A stretch of 64,000 nucleotides of DNA from Kudoa neothunni (lineage: Eukaryota > Animalia > Cnidaria): the NCBI GenBank assembly GCA_964304625.1, contig OZ199839.1, positions 10,201,287-10,265,286 on the forward strand. Reading direction: 5' to 3'. Both the position numbers and the translations under genes were made by a program. Positions 38,271 to 51,700 of the stretch are shown here, piece after piece. Numbering within the stretch: position 1 is the stretch's first letter; every line of letters starts with the position of its first letter. The notes beneath the pieces are model-generated. The model did not search any database. It saw only the letters and a list, made by a program, of their open reading frames with translations, and was not told the DNA's origin.

Positions 38271-38559
38271 GCCACTTTTTAGATGTTTTTTATCATATTA
38301 TATACGCAATTTAAAATTAATCCATATTTCGACTAACTTAGATAGGTGGTTATGCCTATAAATAATTTGTGATCCTAAAGTAATATTTAGGCTGTTGTTT
38401 CAGTTAATTGTTATTATTCCAAAAATTATTAAATATGTAATGGTTAATGTATTGAAGTAAATTCCTTATTTTGGTGTTTTGAAAAAATAAAAAAAACAAT
38501 GTGGGATATTTTTGGCTCTAATTTAACCTGGAAGGTGTAAATTGTTATACGGTCTGGAA

Positions 38560-39130
38560 CAGGGATTCTCATCCAGGAGTACGTTTTAAATTACAGGGGG
38601 TAAATTAAATGACCTCAAAATTGGATTGGGGAAATTTTTGCACGATAGGGTTTATGAAATGTTTATGGATTTCTAAGCAATTATAATACTCATTGCTATT
38701 AAACTCATTAAGAAGCTAGCAGAAATTTCAGAAATGTCTTTAGAAATTAGTGTTTAACAACTGTTTATAAAACGATGGTCAGACTCTTTCTGTTATGGCT
38801 CGTTTATCTTTTAGTGGCGTTACTTAATACCTGTATTTGAGTGGGAAATAATATTTAGATGTCACTAATTTTGAATATTTTTAATTATTTTTAGACTCAA
38901 ATGTGAAGGAATGGGCCAAAAATCATTTTTTAGCGAAATCTAATAAGTTAATCCGTAGACAACTTGTGAGTAGGGGTTTCTGGGATTATAGATTCATGTT
39001 GTGCAGACGTACATATCGTTTAGAATTAAAATTTACCGTGCCAATAGTCTCTGCCTCAGCAAACCAATGTAAAACCATAAAGAAAGCGTGACCTTGGCTT
39101 CCAAGTTAAGGGGGTAAATTTGAAAAAACA
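38560..39130 (+). repeat. Dispersed repeat (probable hAT-derived), copy 2; homologous to 21645-22138
   Basis: Begins CAGGGATTCTCA (hAT-like terminus) and shares collinear blocks with copy 1. Confidence 0.72.
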
Positions 39131-40583
39131 TAAAAGACTCAAATTGGAGGTTTAAATATCCTTATTATTTGGTGCGTATTGTGATATTATGTTTGTGTTT
39201 AATGAAACAACAAATAGGGGTAATAGCTTAATGATTCCGAATTAAATTAATTGATTATTTAAAGTCTCTTTTGGAAGTCAAAAAAATGAGAAAAGAGGTA
39301 ATCAATTATTTATTGTAGTAAACTTTTCTCCTTCATCCATAAATTTTTATTCATTTAATTAATGAAAAAAAATAGTTTTGATATTCAAGACAACAGGTGT
39401 TGCTTTTTCAGCCAATTACAATTGGAGCTATTTTTTTATCTCATATCACTTCCAACACATCATTTTTTTCCATTATACACTTACTATTTCCCAAATAGTT
39501 AAAAAATTGTTGTTTGTATGTAGATTTTATCTGAATGGTTTTTCTGTCAAGTTATTTATTATTTCAATAGATCTTTTTCCATTAAAGATTTTGGTTATTT
39601 AAACTGAGAAAATAAAATTCGTAATAAATATAATTTTATCTTAAAGATCTTATATTTCTGGATCAATTAGTTATCAATAATTTGATCTAATGAATGCTTC
39701 ATTGTATAATAAAAATAACCGTTTAAGGTAGACATGTTATTGGTGCATGATTGAATAACTTTAAAATCACAAGGATTTAAGTAATCCTATTTTCTAATAG
39801 TATTTCAAAATAAATAAGATTTACAATTCGCAAATTATCTGAGTCAATTAAATCTGACATTAATTAAAAATGTTAACTTTCAAATTAAATTATATATTTT
39901 TGTACATTTTTAATGTAATTTTTTCAAATTCTATATATAAATTCAACTGAAATAATTAACAATGAAAAATATTTTTATTAAATATATGCTATAAAAAATT
40001 AATACATATCGACTAATAAAAATGGAAATATATAAGTATAAATCCTAAAATTAGAAAAATTAAACTTTCGTAGATTTTGTACCTAAATATGAAATTACAA
40101 ACGTTTAGGTATATCAGTTGCAAAATTTTTATTATCGTAAATATTTTTTTCCATATTGTATATATTAATTATAAAAATAATTGAAATCGACGAATTTACG
40201 ATTGTACTCCGTATAAATATACATTCAAGATTTTCAATTTATTTCAATATATTATTCTCCCGAGCTCATTAAATCACGCTTTTGTTCGATATGAAAACAC
40301 GTAATTTATCGGCTATTCAACTTAATATTACGTTGAAAAGTTAATTTTTTAAATAAGAATTAGTTCAAAAATAGAAAGTGACAATTTTTATGTAAATTAC
40401 GTTTCTAAATATTAATGTTTGTGACTCAATATAAATCTTGTATTTATTGTATAAATAATTTAAGCTATCTTACCAAATAAAAATTCGTAAGAACATTTTT
40501 TGCTTAATATTTCTTAACTGGTTAAATTACTGACCAAAAACGAGCTAAATTATTTGTTTCGCCCGCATACTCCCAATATTAAC

Positions 40584-41666
40584 CAGCGTTGCCAGCTGTG
40601 CCCGATTCCGGACCAACCACTATCAAATTGTCCGATATTTTTCCATGTTCTTTTTTGTCCGATTTATTCAATCTTGTTCTTCGAAAGATGGAATAAGCGC
40701 AAAACAATTTTTCAAAGGTAAGAAGTTGTTGCAAATTCACAAAAATCGAAATTAAGCGTTTTTGATTTCATACTTGGAACAAGATTCATTATAATAAATA
40801 AATATCTTAATAATTAATTCTTAAACCCCACGTAGTACAGAAATAGAGGCTAAAAAGAACATGTCAACAATTTATGAAAATAAACACATTTTAAAATGAT
40901 ATTCTCTAGTTGATGCCAACATTTTGAATTGTTTTCATCTTTAACAACGATAAGACAAAGTTTAATCATGACCAATGGATTATTTTGAAATTATCGCAAA
41001 AAACCTTATGTGTGTTGGAATGATTGAATTTGAAAAAAAGGCTCAGGCGTTGGTGATTTCCAATGGTAAGCTATCATTACAAGTGTGTGTTATCAATTTT
41101 CAAAAGGTTTTAATTCTATTTAAAACCTAAATAAATTTAAATTTACCAAAATATTATCTACTTGACTAATTTTTCTTAATTTCATTAAATAAATGGTCGT
41201 ATATAAAAATAAAGCCTCATCTAAGTATTATTGTTATGTTTTATTCTGAAATTGGACGAAGGGTTGTAATAAAATTAATTGAACTTAAAGGAATTGAGCA
41301 GGCTCAAAAATAACGTTTGATTAATTAAATTATAAATAATCGCCTTTTTGAGCTTTGTATGAAATGAAAAATAATTTTCATTTCATCAGAAAATATAGCA
41401 CATCCTTATTTGAATTAATTCTGATTAACGGTTTTTTGGAGAGACCATTTTCTTTTTCTGGAGCTACCGAAACCATCAGAAAAACAGAAACTTGTGCATT
41501 ACAAAAGATGGTCTCATTGGAATGAAGAAATTTTTCAACACATCGACCAAGTGGTGTCATAACGTTGAGGTTCCTGAGTTTATTATAAACTTTTGTAATA
41601 TTTATACACAGAATTAAATATTAGTTCGGGGTTTACAAAAAATTCTGATTTGTCCTGACAACGCTG
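40584..41666. mobile_element. Non-autonomous hAT-type element
   Basis: TIR CAGCGTTGCCAG / CTGACAACGCTG (11/12 match); 8-bp TSD ATATTAAC / ATATTTAC. Confidence 0.8.
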
Positions 41667-42282
41667 ATATTTACTCTCTATAGGTTTAATTATTGTTTGA
41701 ATCTTATCTCCAAGAAACTTTAAAATTAAAAATGATTCCAAATTACTAAAATTATTAAATTTATAATAAAATATAATAGTTATATTAACATCTAAGAGTT
41801 TTTTGAAAGCAGTTACACAAAGATTATTAAAAGTGAGAAAAATCGGTTACTTACTGCATCGCACTGCAGTAAGTATAAAATTAATATTTAATATTGTTAA
41901 TGCGTCTATAACAATAATAAACACAAAATTTTTTGAATATATATAGATTACATTGCGAGGAAAATTAAATTTTGACAATATTACGATGATTAATGTGCGA
42001 TTTAATGAGATTTCTAATCTTTATAATAACCAGAGAAATTATGAAAGTTAACAATACTCAAGAACTACCTACATACTGATTGCCATTAGTTTAGTGGAAA
42101 AAATTAAAACCAAAACAAATTGATTAAAATCAAACAGTATTTAACATTTTAAAAATTCTAAAAAATTTGATGAAATTAAATATTACAATTTTTGTTCAGA
42201 TGAGAAACTTATATCACTTACGCACCAAAAACCAAGGATAACATGAACTTTTTTATCAATAGTGCGCACGCAAATTATTGAA

Positions 42283-42667
42283 ATGTCGGTGTGTTTGGAA
42301 GGAATGGTTAACAGTAGGCTTTTAAAATTGTGATTTTTATCACTTTCCCAATTAGCAATGATACAGCTGGTCACACAAGACGGCAGAGTGATTGTAGGTA
42401 AACTTAAAGGATATGACCAAACCACAAATGTGATTATGGAAGGCGTCACCGAACGAATTTATTCAATAGATGAAGGTGTATCAGAAGTTTTTCTAGGATT
42501 GTATATCATACGAGGTGATAATGTGTATGCGATTTGAAATTTGTCGCCATTTGTCATGCTTATTTATTGTTGATAGTGCTTTAATTGGAGAATTGGATGA
42601 GGAAATCGACAGCCAAGTAGATTATCCAAGTCTAATGGCAGAACCAATACCTTCAGTGCAATATTAG
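42283..42667 (+). CDS. LSM8: U6 snRNA-associated Sm-like protein LSm8 (2 introns; absent from the ORF track)
   Basis: MSVCLEGMVN|TMIQLVTQDGRVIVGKLKGYDQTTNVIMEGVTERIYSIDEGVSEVFLGLYIIRGDNV|ALIGELDEEIDSQVDYPSLMAEPIPSVQY-stop. Confidence 0.95.
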
Positions 42668-45600
42668 CTAATTTTATGACTGTACTAGTTGCTATTTGGA
42701 TGTATATTTGATGGTTTATTTTGTTAGCTTCGTAATGGTGATAATGGCTAAGTGGAGGTTTACTAATTTTAATTAAAGAAATTATAGGCCCTTAGATTTA
42801 GCTTTCTAAATTTTGTTGATACTTTCAAATGCGAGTTTTTAATTTGCTTCCTCAGCTTAATAATAACCTCAAAAATATTGTTTATGTATTTGTGTGTTAA
42901 ATAATTTATAAGTTATAAAAAACTAGCGTCAACTTGTCTCCTTTTACGAGGGTTGGGGATATTTTGCGTTGAAAAATATATTAATCTATTAAGTTAGTCT
43001 GCGGAAAGAAGTGAATTAAAATTATTTTAAAATGTTGTGCTTTTAGCGAACTTAAATTAGTGTCATTTTAGGAAGCTCATAAAAATAGCAAGAATTTATA
43101 CTGCGTTTCCCCCATTATATGACCTATTGGTATTTTGGAGTTAATTTTTGGTATAAAACCTAGTAAGATACTAAAAACATGAATATCCTTAACTATATAA
43201 CAAAATATCTTTAAAAATGCAATTCTATTAAGTAGATAATAATTATTATAATTATAAAGGTAAACTAAACATTATGGCACAGGTTGTTGCAACGGATGGG
43301 AGTATACCCTAAAATAATGTTCGTATCAAAATTTCAATTTCACAAACACATATAACAATGAATGAACTATCATTAAATAAATTTTTAAAAGAGAATAACT
43401 TAGTTGACTTTTTAACTATAAATTGGCCAATACCGAGTAAATTAAATTGTTTTTATTGAAAACTAGGAAAAAGTTTTAATTATGGCGGCTGAATTTTTGA
43501 ACCAATAGAATAAGTTTTTTTAGAAATTTATAAAAAATTGATCATTTCCATGTAAATGGAAATAGAATAAATTTTATTTCGAGACAATGTTATTGTCAAT
43601 TAAAGAATGTTATAGATGCACATAGATAAATATTTTACGGTGGAAATATATAAAAAATGAATAAGAAATAAAATAGTATTTATAATTTTTGGAACTGACT
43701 ATTCACCAAATTTTATCTCAGTATAAAATGATATAAATATGATTAAAACAAAAATTGCAAATTATTTTTCAGCCAAATAATCTTGATAATATTTTTTTGT
43801 TATTCTATTTGAATAAACGGTGTAATACCCTCACTGAAAAATAAAGAAAACACCAAATAAACGTCGCACTCATTTTAGCGCGTATTATCGGTTACCTACT
43901 GTATAAATGTGGTTACACATACATTAAATTTCCAATGAGGTTGATCGACTAGATCTAATTAGCCGAAAGATGTCGGTTGTGTTTCATGTACACAAATAAA
44001 ACCCTTATGGGAATCAAACTTTAGACTGAATTTATGTCCAATTGGATTATAAAAATGATCTCTCTATCTTGAAATCACCATACTTAATCTAGAATCTGGA
44101 ATCTAATTAATATTGGTTAGAATATAATGAATTTCTCTTTTTTTCAAAACTACTTATATTTTTTATAGAATATAGTTCGTTCATCCAAAAATTCTTATCA
44201 TTTTAATTAGAAAATTTCATCTTCATGTAGATACAAAAAAAATAGATAACATTGCTTGGGCGATAAAAATAAATTGTTTTTTTGATAAAATGAAATTTAA
44301 ATTAATTTTGTTATAGATTATTAAATATTAATAACTTTATTAAACTTGAGCATAAAGCGACATAGCTGTTATCAATCACTGATACAAAAGAGGATACCGA
44401 ATCCCGATAAAAGGAAATAGTCTTCAATGTAAGGGATTATTCATTATTATTAATCGTTTTTATGGATTTTCTATTAAATGTTAGTAGTTTTAAATGGGCT
44501 AATTGAAATGAATACTGTTTAATAAGTTGAACAAAAGCTTAAAAATTAACTTTAATACGTTTATCAGAATTAAATTCATGAATGTCAACTGAGAGGTGTG
44601 TAGAGCTGATTTAACCTAAGTAATAGGATGGGCTTGTTTAGCTCGTGGGTATTATTAAATGTATAATGCATTATACATTTAATGGGTTATATGAATATTT
44701 ATGTACATGGATCCAATCATAATAACCAGAAAACAATTTATGTTTCTAAGTTATCGAAACAACTTCAAAAAAATACAATAAGAAATACGTTTTCGATAAA
44801 GATAAGCTTAATCCCAATTACATTCAAGATAATAATACATTAAAAGTGGATTAGATTAATTACAGTAAATAATATAGAATTAAAGTTGTATATGGATTTG
44901 TGTTTGTAATTTATTTGGGGATATAAAAATTTTGAAAGTGTGTAATATTTTCGAAGCAACTGTACAAATCGACAGGTAAACAAACAACAATTGGTTAAAG
45001 TAAAATTCACCCACGTAACGCCACTCACTAGGTTGAAATCGCGTAGTCGGTCATAAATAAGAGGTCATTAAACTTGAAAAGATGGCGTATACGAAACGAA
45101 AGAATTCGCTACCTGTTAATAAATTGGCTAACCCTTTAAGATGGTATTAACAGCATATACGATGATAGCTCATCAAGCTGGGTCAAATCCAACACGAATT
45201 CATAAAAAACATCCATTCCAACATTCTAATCTTTAAAAAGTACCACATAATTTCAGACACCATCACACGTTGTGATTGCAGTCAGCTGGTGGATTCGAAT
45301 AGAATCACCAATAAATATTAGATAATCGTTAAATAAACAAAAAATATTTAACACGTTGTAATATTTGAAAAAACCCCGAAAACAACCAACCCCACATTAC
45401 ACACTGTAATCTTGACAATAGATTCTGCTGGCTCAATATAAATATCTGATTTGAATAAAAATATTCGAATATTTTTAGAGGATTATCATAATACTAAGTG
45501 CTAATCTATATGAGCATATTTAATGCGAATACAACAACAGAATCTGGAAACATTGAATCGATTTGGGTTAAAAAGGTGATGATTAGTAGAAAAATAATAA

Positions 45601-45705
45601 CCGACATGGAAAGAAACGTTACTTTATAAAGGTCGTCATAATTCGGAACAATCCTATTATATTATTTGAAGTGTTTTGTGCAGCTTCGAATTAGATACAT
45701 TATCG

Positions 45706-48700
45706 ATGGGGTATGTGGTTATAATAGCGATGTTTTTTTCGAAAAAGAATACCCCCAATTTTTCCCCATAAATACCAACCACATTTAATATTGTTTTAGG
45801 AATATAAAGTCAATTTTTTCCAAGGTATAATCCAATAACTGAAATGTGTGGTGTGACTTTTTGTGTGTAGAAAAAAACTGTCAACGGAAGAACTATCTAT
45901 TTTCCACCCCAATCCCACCCTAGTGTAGTACAACCGAGCTATCCATCCAATCGAATCAAAACATCCAAATATGAAATTTGGAATTTCCTATTCTTGAATC
46001 TTTTCTATCAACTGAGGAAAGTGGCCAACGCCTACTTTGTAGTGATTATAACTTTGATGGTATATATATTTGAGTTGATTTGATGGTGTGGATAATTGAA
46101 AAATTATTCTATGGGGAAACAGTTTATAGTGGAAAAATGGTCGCCAATCAGTCCCTACACCAGCATGATACCTCTTTGTATTGTAATGATTACAACCATG
46201 GGAAAACAGGTATTGAAAGAATTTTTGTGGACAATTGGAATGGTCCCAATTATAGCTTTATGAGGATTATTCGAGACATAAATCCGACAAACAAGTCAAC
46301 AACATGCCGGTTTACATCATGATCGGCCGAGAATTTGTTCAAAAGAAATGGATAGATATCAAGGTTGATTCTAATTGTCTACTTCAGTGTTCGTTCGATG
46401 GATTTATTCTTTAATTTAGGTTGGTGATATTATTATGGTGAAACAAGGGGAGGAATTTCCGTGTGACATGATTCTATTGTCCACCGACAATAATCAAGGC
46501 ATCTGCTACATAACAACAACCAGTTTGGATGGCGAAACCAACGTTAAAGTATCTTCCCATAGTTACAATAGAAATTGCGGTAGTAGTACACATCCATAGT
46601 TGGTTATTGAGCAAACAAACATTCGCTGCCTAACCAACTATAACACTACGTTGTATTGGTTGAGGTGGCAAATGAAATTTATTTCAAAATTTAATGAACA
46701 ACTCGAAATTTTCATAATTATTAAATGATGACATTTAGAAACGTTTTTCACCAACACAGACCAAACTACGAAGAACACCAGAAGATTTCTGCGACTTACA
46801 AATGAGAATCGACCTTGATGAACCAAATTTCAATCTCTACCGGTATTTATTAATTTCATCTAATTGATTAGATTTGATTTAATCGATTAAATTTGATGCG
46901 ATAGGTTGAACGGTAACATTATGTTTGGGGATGCTAACGGTGCTTTTCTTGATGACGAATTTTCCTTCGATAGCCATCCAAATTATTGCATCGTGTAATT
47001 TGGTGTTCAATGACTGGGGCTCGTTGGCATGGTAACACCAAGGTGGGACCACTTCCCACTGCAACACTGAGTGCGCATAACGATTAAATTTGAAAGTGCA
47101 CGACCGCAATCGAAACTGCAGGGAAACACGCCGACTTGAATTGTTTAGGATTAATTTGATAAGATGCAGCAACTTTTTCTCAAAAGATTACCAATAATCT
47201 AATAAGATTAATGTCAGTATAATATTTTAAATAATATTATCACGCTCAAAGCTGAATTAAGCTACGATATATGTCTACTATAGAGTAGGGTCATAAGCCG
47301 GCGTTGTGTACGTAATTTGAGCTAAATATCTAAGGTCGTAGTAACTGGTGGATATTATACAATTCCAACTTGTTAACATAATGTTACTGTTACTATTACT
47401 TTCAAATTTTGAATTTTTGTTGGACATAAATCACTATTTTATGTTTAAATGTTTATTATATGAGAATAAATTGGTAATGAGGGAATTATTAGTACTCAAA
47501 AGTGATCAACTTTAACTAATTTTCTTGATTCGAAACTTTTTTAGTTTAATAACGAAAAATGGAAAGAGAATATTTAACAATAACAAATAACTTTAACTTT
47601 TCTCAGTTTCTTCCTAATTTTTAAATCCCAAAATTACTTTGTATTATTATTATTATTATTCAAATTTTTACCGTATTAACCCTCGAATACCTGCAGCAGG
47701 TGGCCACTATGACCACATGCAAAAATGTATTAAAATAATAAAAATCATTGCTTTCAGGGTTAGAAACATAATTTTTTACATTTTAAATATAATCAATAAA
47801 TTTAATTAAAATAAATTGATGATGCATTTTTGGGACGTTTATTGGCGTCAATACGAAGAACGGAAATAATTATGCCTGTATATAATTTGAATAACGTGAA
47901 AAATTAGAGATCAACTGTTTTATTATAGACTCATATTTAATTATTATTTTAATTAATATTATTATTTTTATTTTTACAATAAAGGTTTTGTTTTATTCTC
48001 ATATTACATGATTTTATCATAAATTCTCTTCCTCAGTTGATTGAAATATATTAATTGTATAAGTTCGTTATTTATAAATTGAAAATTGACATTTTAAATT
48101 AATTTATGAATTAGAAATATATTTAGTCTAAGAATTTTTAGATTTTAAGATGGTAAAAATTAAACTTTAAATTATTTTATTTAACGCTCTACTTTTTGTT
48201 GTTATGTAATTTAACAAAATTATTATAATATGCAAGATTCATATGCCAAATTAAATCAATAGACAGAATCGAATTGCTATAGGAACCAAAAAATGAATTT
48301 AAAAATTCCCTGCTTTAAAATATATCGATAATTTTTATTTTACTCATGAAAAGCTTGTTAATAGATTTGAACGATCTTAACGTTGTTATTTATATAGTGA
48401 GAATGTGTGCTACTTTTTTTTATTTAAACGAAATAATTCAATTATTAAAGAATTTTTAAAAGCACTATTGTACTATAAATACACACAGAAAAAAGGAAAA
48501 AAAATATTTCCTTAAGTTATTGATATGCTATGCGCTGATTTACCACCTCTAGGTAGTATTTGAGGGTTAAATAAGTTAATATTAAACTTTTCTAGTATTA
48601 TAGAAAATAATTCTTCTTTATTTATAGGGAAAAATACTTTAAACAAGATTAGACCTAAGGATGTGTTGATATTTTAATAGTTAAAAGTTTTCCTTGATAC

Positions 48701-51700
48701 ATTTTCCGTGTAAAAAATACATTAATGATAAGTTTTATTTATTGAAAATAATTTTGTCGTAATATTGAACTTTATTATATTTTACTACAGAGAAAACTCC
48801 ATATAATTTATACATAGTCGTAGAAACAACTAAACTTATCTAAATACATGTATGCTAAATCAATTTTATTTTATTTTAAATTAAAATATTAGATTATTTT
48901 ATTGATGATAATATTCTTTAAGAATAATTTTTTATCTTAAATTTGTTGTATGATGGTTAAAGACAGGATTTTTAATCTATTGTAATGGAAATGTTTCAAA
49001 AACAAAATTATAACATTTTTTGGATCAATCAAAAAAATTCACTTTTGTGTCTTTATTTATATTAAAAATTAAATAAAAGTTCAATTGGTTATAAAAACAC
49101 CCATAAATAAGCTAATTTAACAATTTTCTCCAGACTTTCCTGGAACTTATCTTTATGTGTCAGGGATAAAAGGTTTGATGTTCGCATGTATATTTATTCT
49201 TCCAACTCCGGAAGTAACAAATTTTTTAGCAACAATAATTGACTATCCCAATCATACCTCGGTTGCTGACTTCGATTTGATGATTAAGAAATAAAACCTG
49301 ACTTTTATAATATTGAAGTTGTGCGCGTCAATGGCTTTTAAGGGGGTGAAATTTATTGATCTCATTAATTATCATAAAAATATGATTATTTTCATTTTTA
49401 TCAGAATCAAACGTATCTCGTAAACTACTGCCTAAGGAAATCTTTATAAATAAACACGAAAATTAATGTGTATTGCAATTATAAATTCATATTTTTTAAC
49501 TTTTTACATTTATATGAGCTATTCAACTGATTTATATTCTAATGATGATATAACAACTATATTCCCCCATTTTTAACTCTAATGACTCCTAACGTGTAAA
49601 TTGGTTTGTGCATTATTGATTAAAATATTTTGCAACAATATATGGGGTATATTAGAAGGAGAATTTTAAATATGATATTATATCACTATTATTGTTTAAT
49701 AATCAACTTGATATATTAAATATTAAGCTATTCAAAGAGATTAATTTAATAGAACACTACGATCTTTAGATTAATTTCAAATATATTTTAATTTTACTAA
49801 ATGTGCACTATTGATTAACTTATTTTAATCGGTAACGCTGCTTAGAAGTGGATATAATCCAATTATCGTTATGACACTACTAGTTACAACGATTATTTTA
49901 TCATATTAACCTATTTATTTATAGTTATAGTTTTAAAAAATGTACCAGCTACTTTTTATGATACATTTATTGGTCCAACTATTGTTGGTGATAGAATCTA
50001 GGACTTCAGAGAAAAATTAGTTTTGGACTAGCTTTATAATGTGAATGGAAAAGCTTTATCATCCCAGCAGTATGGAGGAATTCGAAGAATAAAGCAAATG
50101 ATGTGTATAAAAAATACATTAGAATAAATAGTGATGGGTTCTTAAGACGTGAGAATTATAATAATAAGAATCAACGAAAAATAATTCATTATCTTATTTT
50201 ATAAGTGGATTTACTTTGGATTGGTTAAAAAATCATTTATTGTAATGTTGAATATCAAAAATCACCATTTTAGATAGAAATTTATGGGTAATCAATAAAA
50301 TATAGTTACGAACTAATTATAATAAGCTTTTATACTTAATATTCAAATGTAATTTCTAGAGTATAATAAAATTAAATGATAATAAGCAATCTAGTCGTAT
50401 TGATAAATGGCGTTGATAGATGTATAAGCTTTTTGGTTCATAAGTGTCTGCAAATAGACAACTCATCGTTATTTAATATTTAAAACATAAAAATAAATTA
50501 TAAATTTAAATAATTAATTAATTAACAATTTAATAGATATTGAGAAATTCGCATAAATATTACAAGATTAGTCTCAAATAAGATGAACTTAAAAAACAAT
50601 TTATTCATAATTAACACAATAATAGTTCGAATTTTTAAATAACATAAAATATTAATGATAAAAACAAATTTATTGGCTAAATGGCGCGCTTCTTCAAAAT
50701 AAAAATCATCGAAAACTAATTAATTTAGACATAAAAAATTCATTCGAAGTTTTTTACCATGCCAATAACCACCAGTATATTCAATAAATATTGATAATTG
50801 AATTTTATCAATATGGTGATTATATCATTGTTTGGTAGTCCAATTGACACCAATAACATTTTGCTCCGTGGTGCCAGACTTGTAAACAACCATCAAGTCA
50901 TAGGTACGAGTTAGAAAATAAATATACAAAAATATTTGTATAATTAATTTTAATGATGAAGGAATTGTGGCATTCACCGGCAGGGATACAAAGATTGCAC
51001 TCAATCTTCGCTCAAAACGAAACAAAGTATCGGTGGTTGATCAAACCCTCAACAAACTGATTCTTGTGATGATTATCGTGCTGATATTTTTCGTGTTTGT
51101 GTGTCTCATATTCCGTTACACTGTTGGCAATTTCCAGAATTTATGGTATCTTGGCTCGATGAGTGAAGCCACAGTAAATACAATAATTGCTATGTTTGAG
51201 GGTTGTGACACATGGGTCTATTTAGACAGTTACCGACGTGGTCATTGCAGCGATATCCTACATCTCAGTGTTCAATTACCTTATTCCAATATCTCTTTAC
51301 GTTTCTTTGGGTAACTAAAACCTAATTTAGCACTTCATTATTCAAAAATCCACCCAATTTAGAGGTACAAAAGGTCATAAATATAATGTTTATTAATTGG
51401 GATCCTGAAATGTATGATGAGGTATATTCACAATCGTAAAGGCTGATGCATTTTTAAACAATATTTTATCATTTTAAAATAACTCTATATTTTGGAAAAT
51501 TTCTTAATCAATATTATTGATATTAGGAAACAAATACTCCCGCCAAATCCAACACTTCCGATATTATTGAAGACTTGGGTCAGGTGGAGTATATTTTTAC
51601 CGACAAAACAGGAACTCTCACCGAAAATCTTATGGTTTTTAAACATTGTTGTGTGAAGAATATTCGATATCATGTATGTCTTTATGATAGAAATTTTCAA

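Noticed and set aside
43950-44050. piggyBac KP.KYGIK-like fragment
   Set aside because: Single degenerate motif without boundaries.
46879-47172. 97-aa minus-strand ORF as a nested gene, or an RNase MRP-like RNA (GGGGCTC motif)
   Set aside because: Part of it is antisense to a real flippase exon (46904-46996), no family motif is recognisable, and the GAAAGTCCCC partner needed for the MRP P4 helix is absent.
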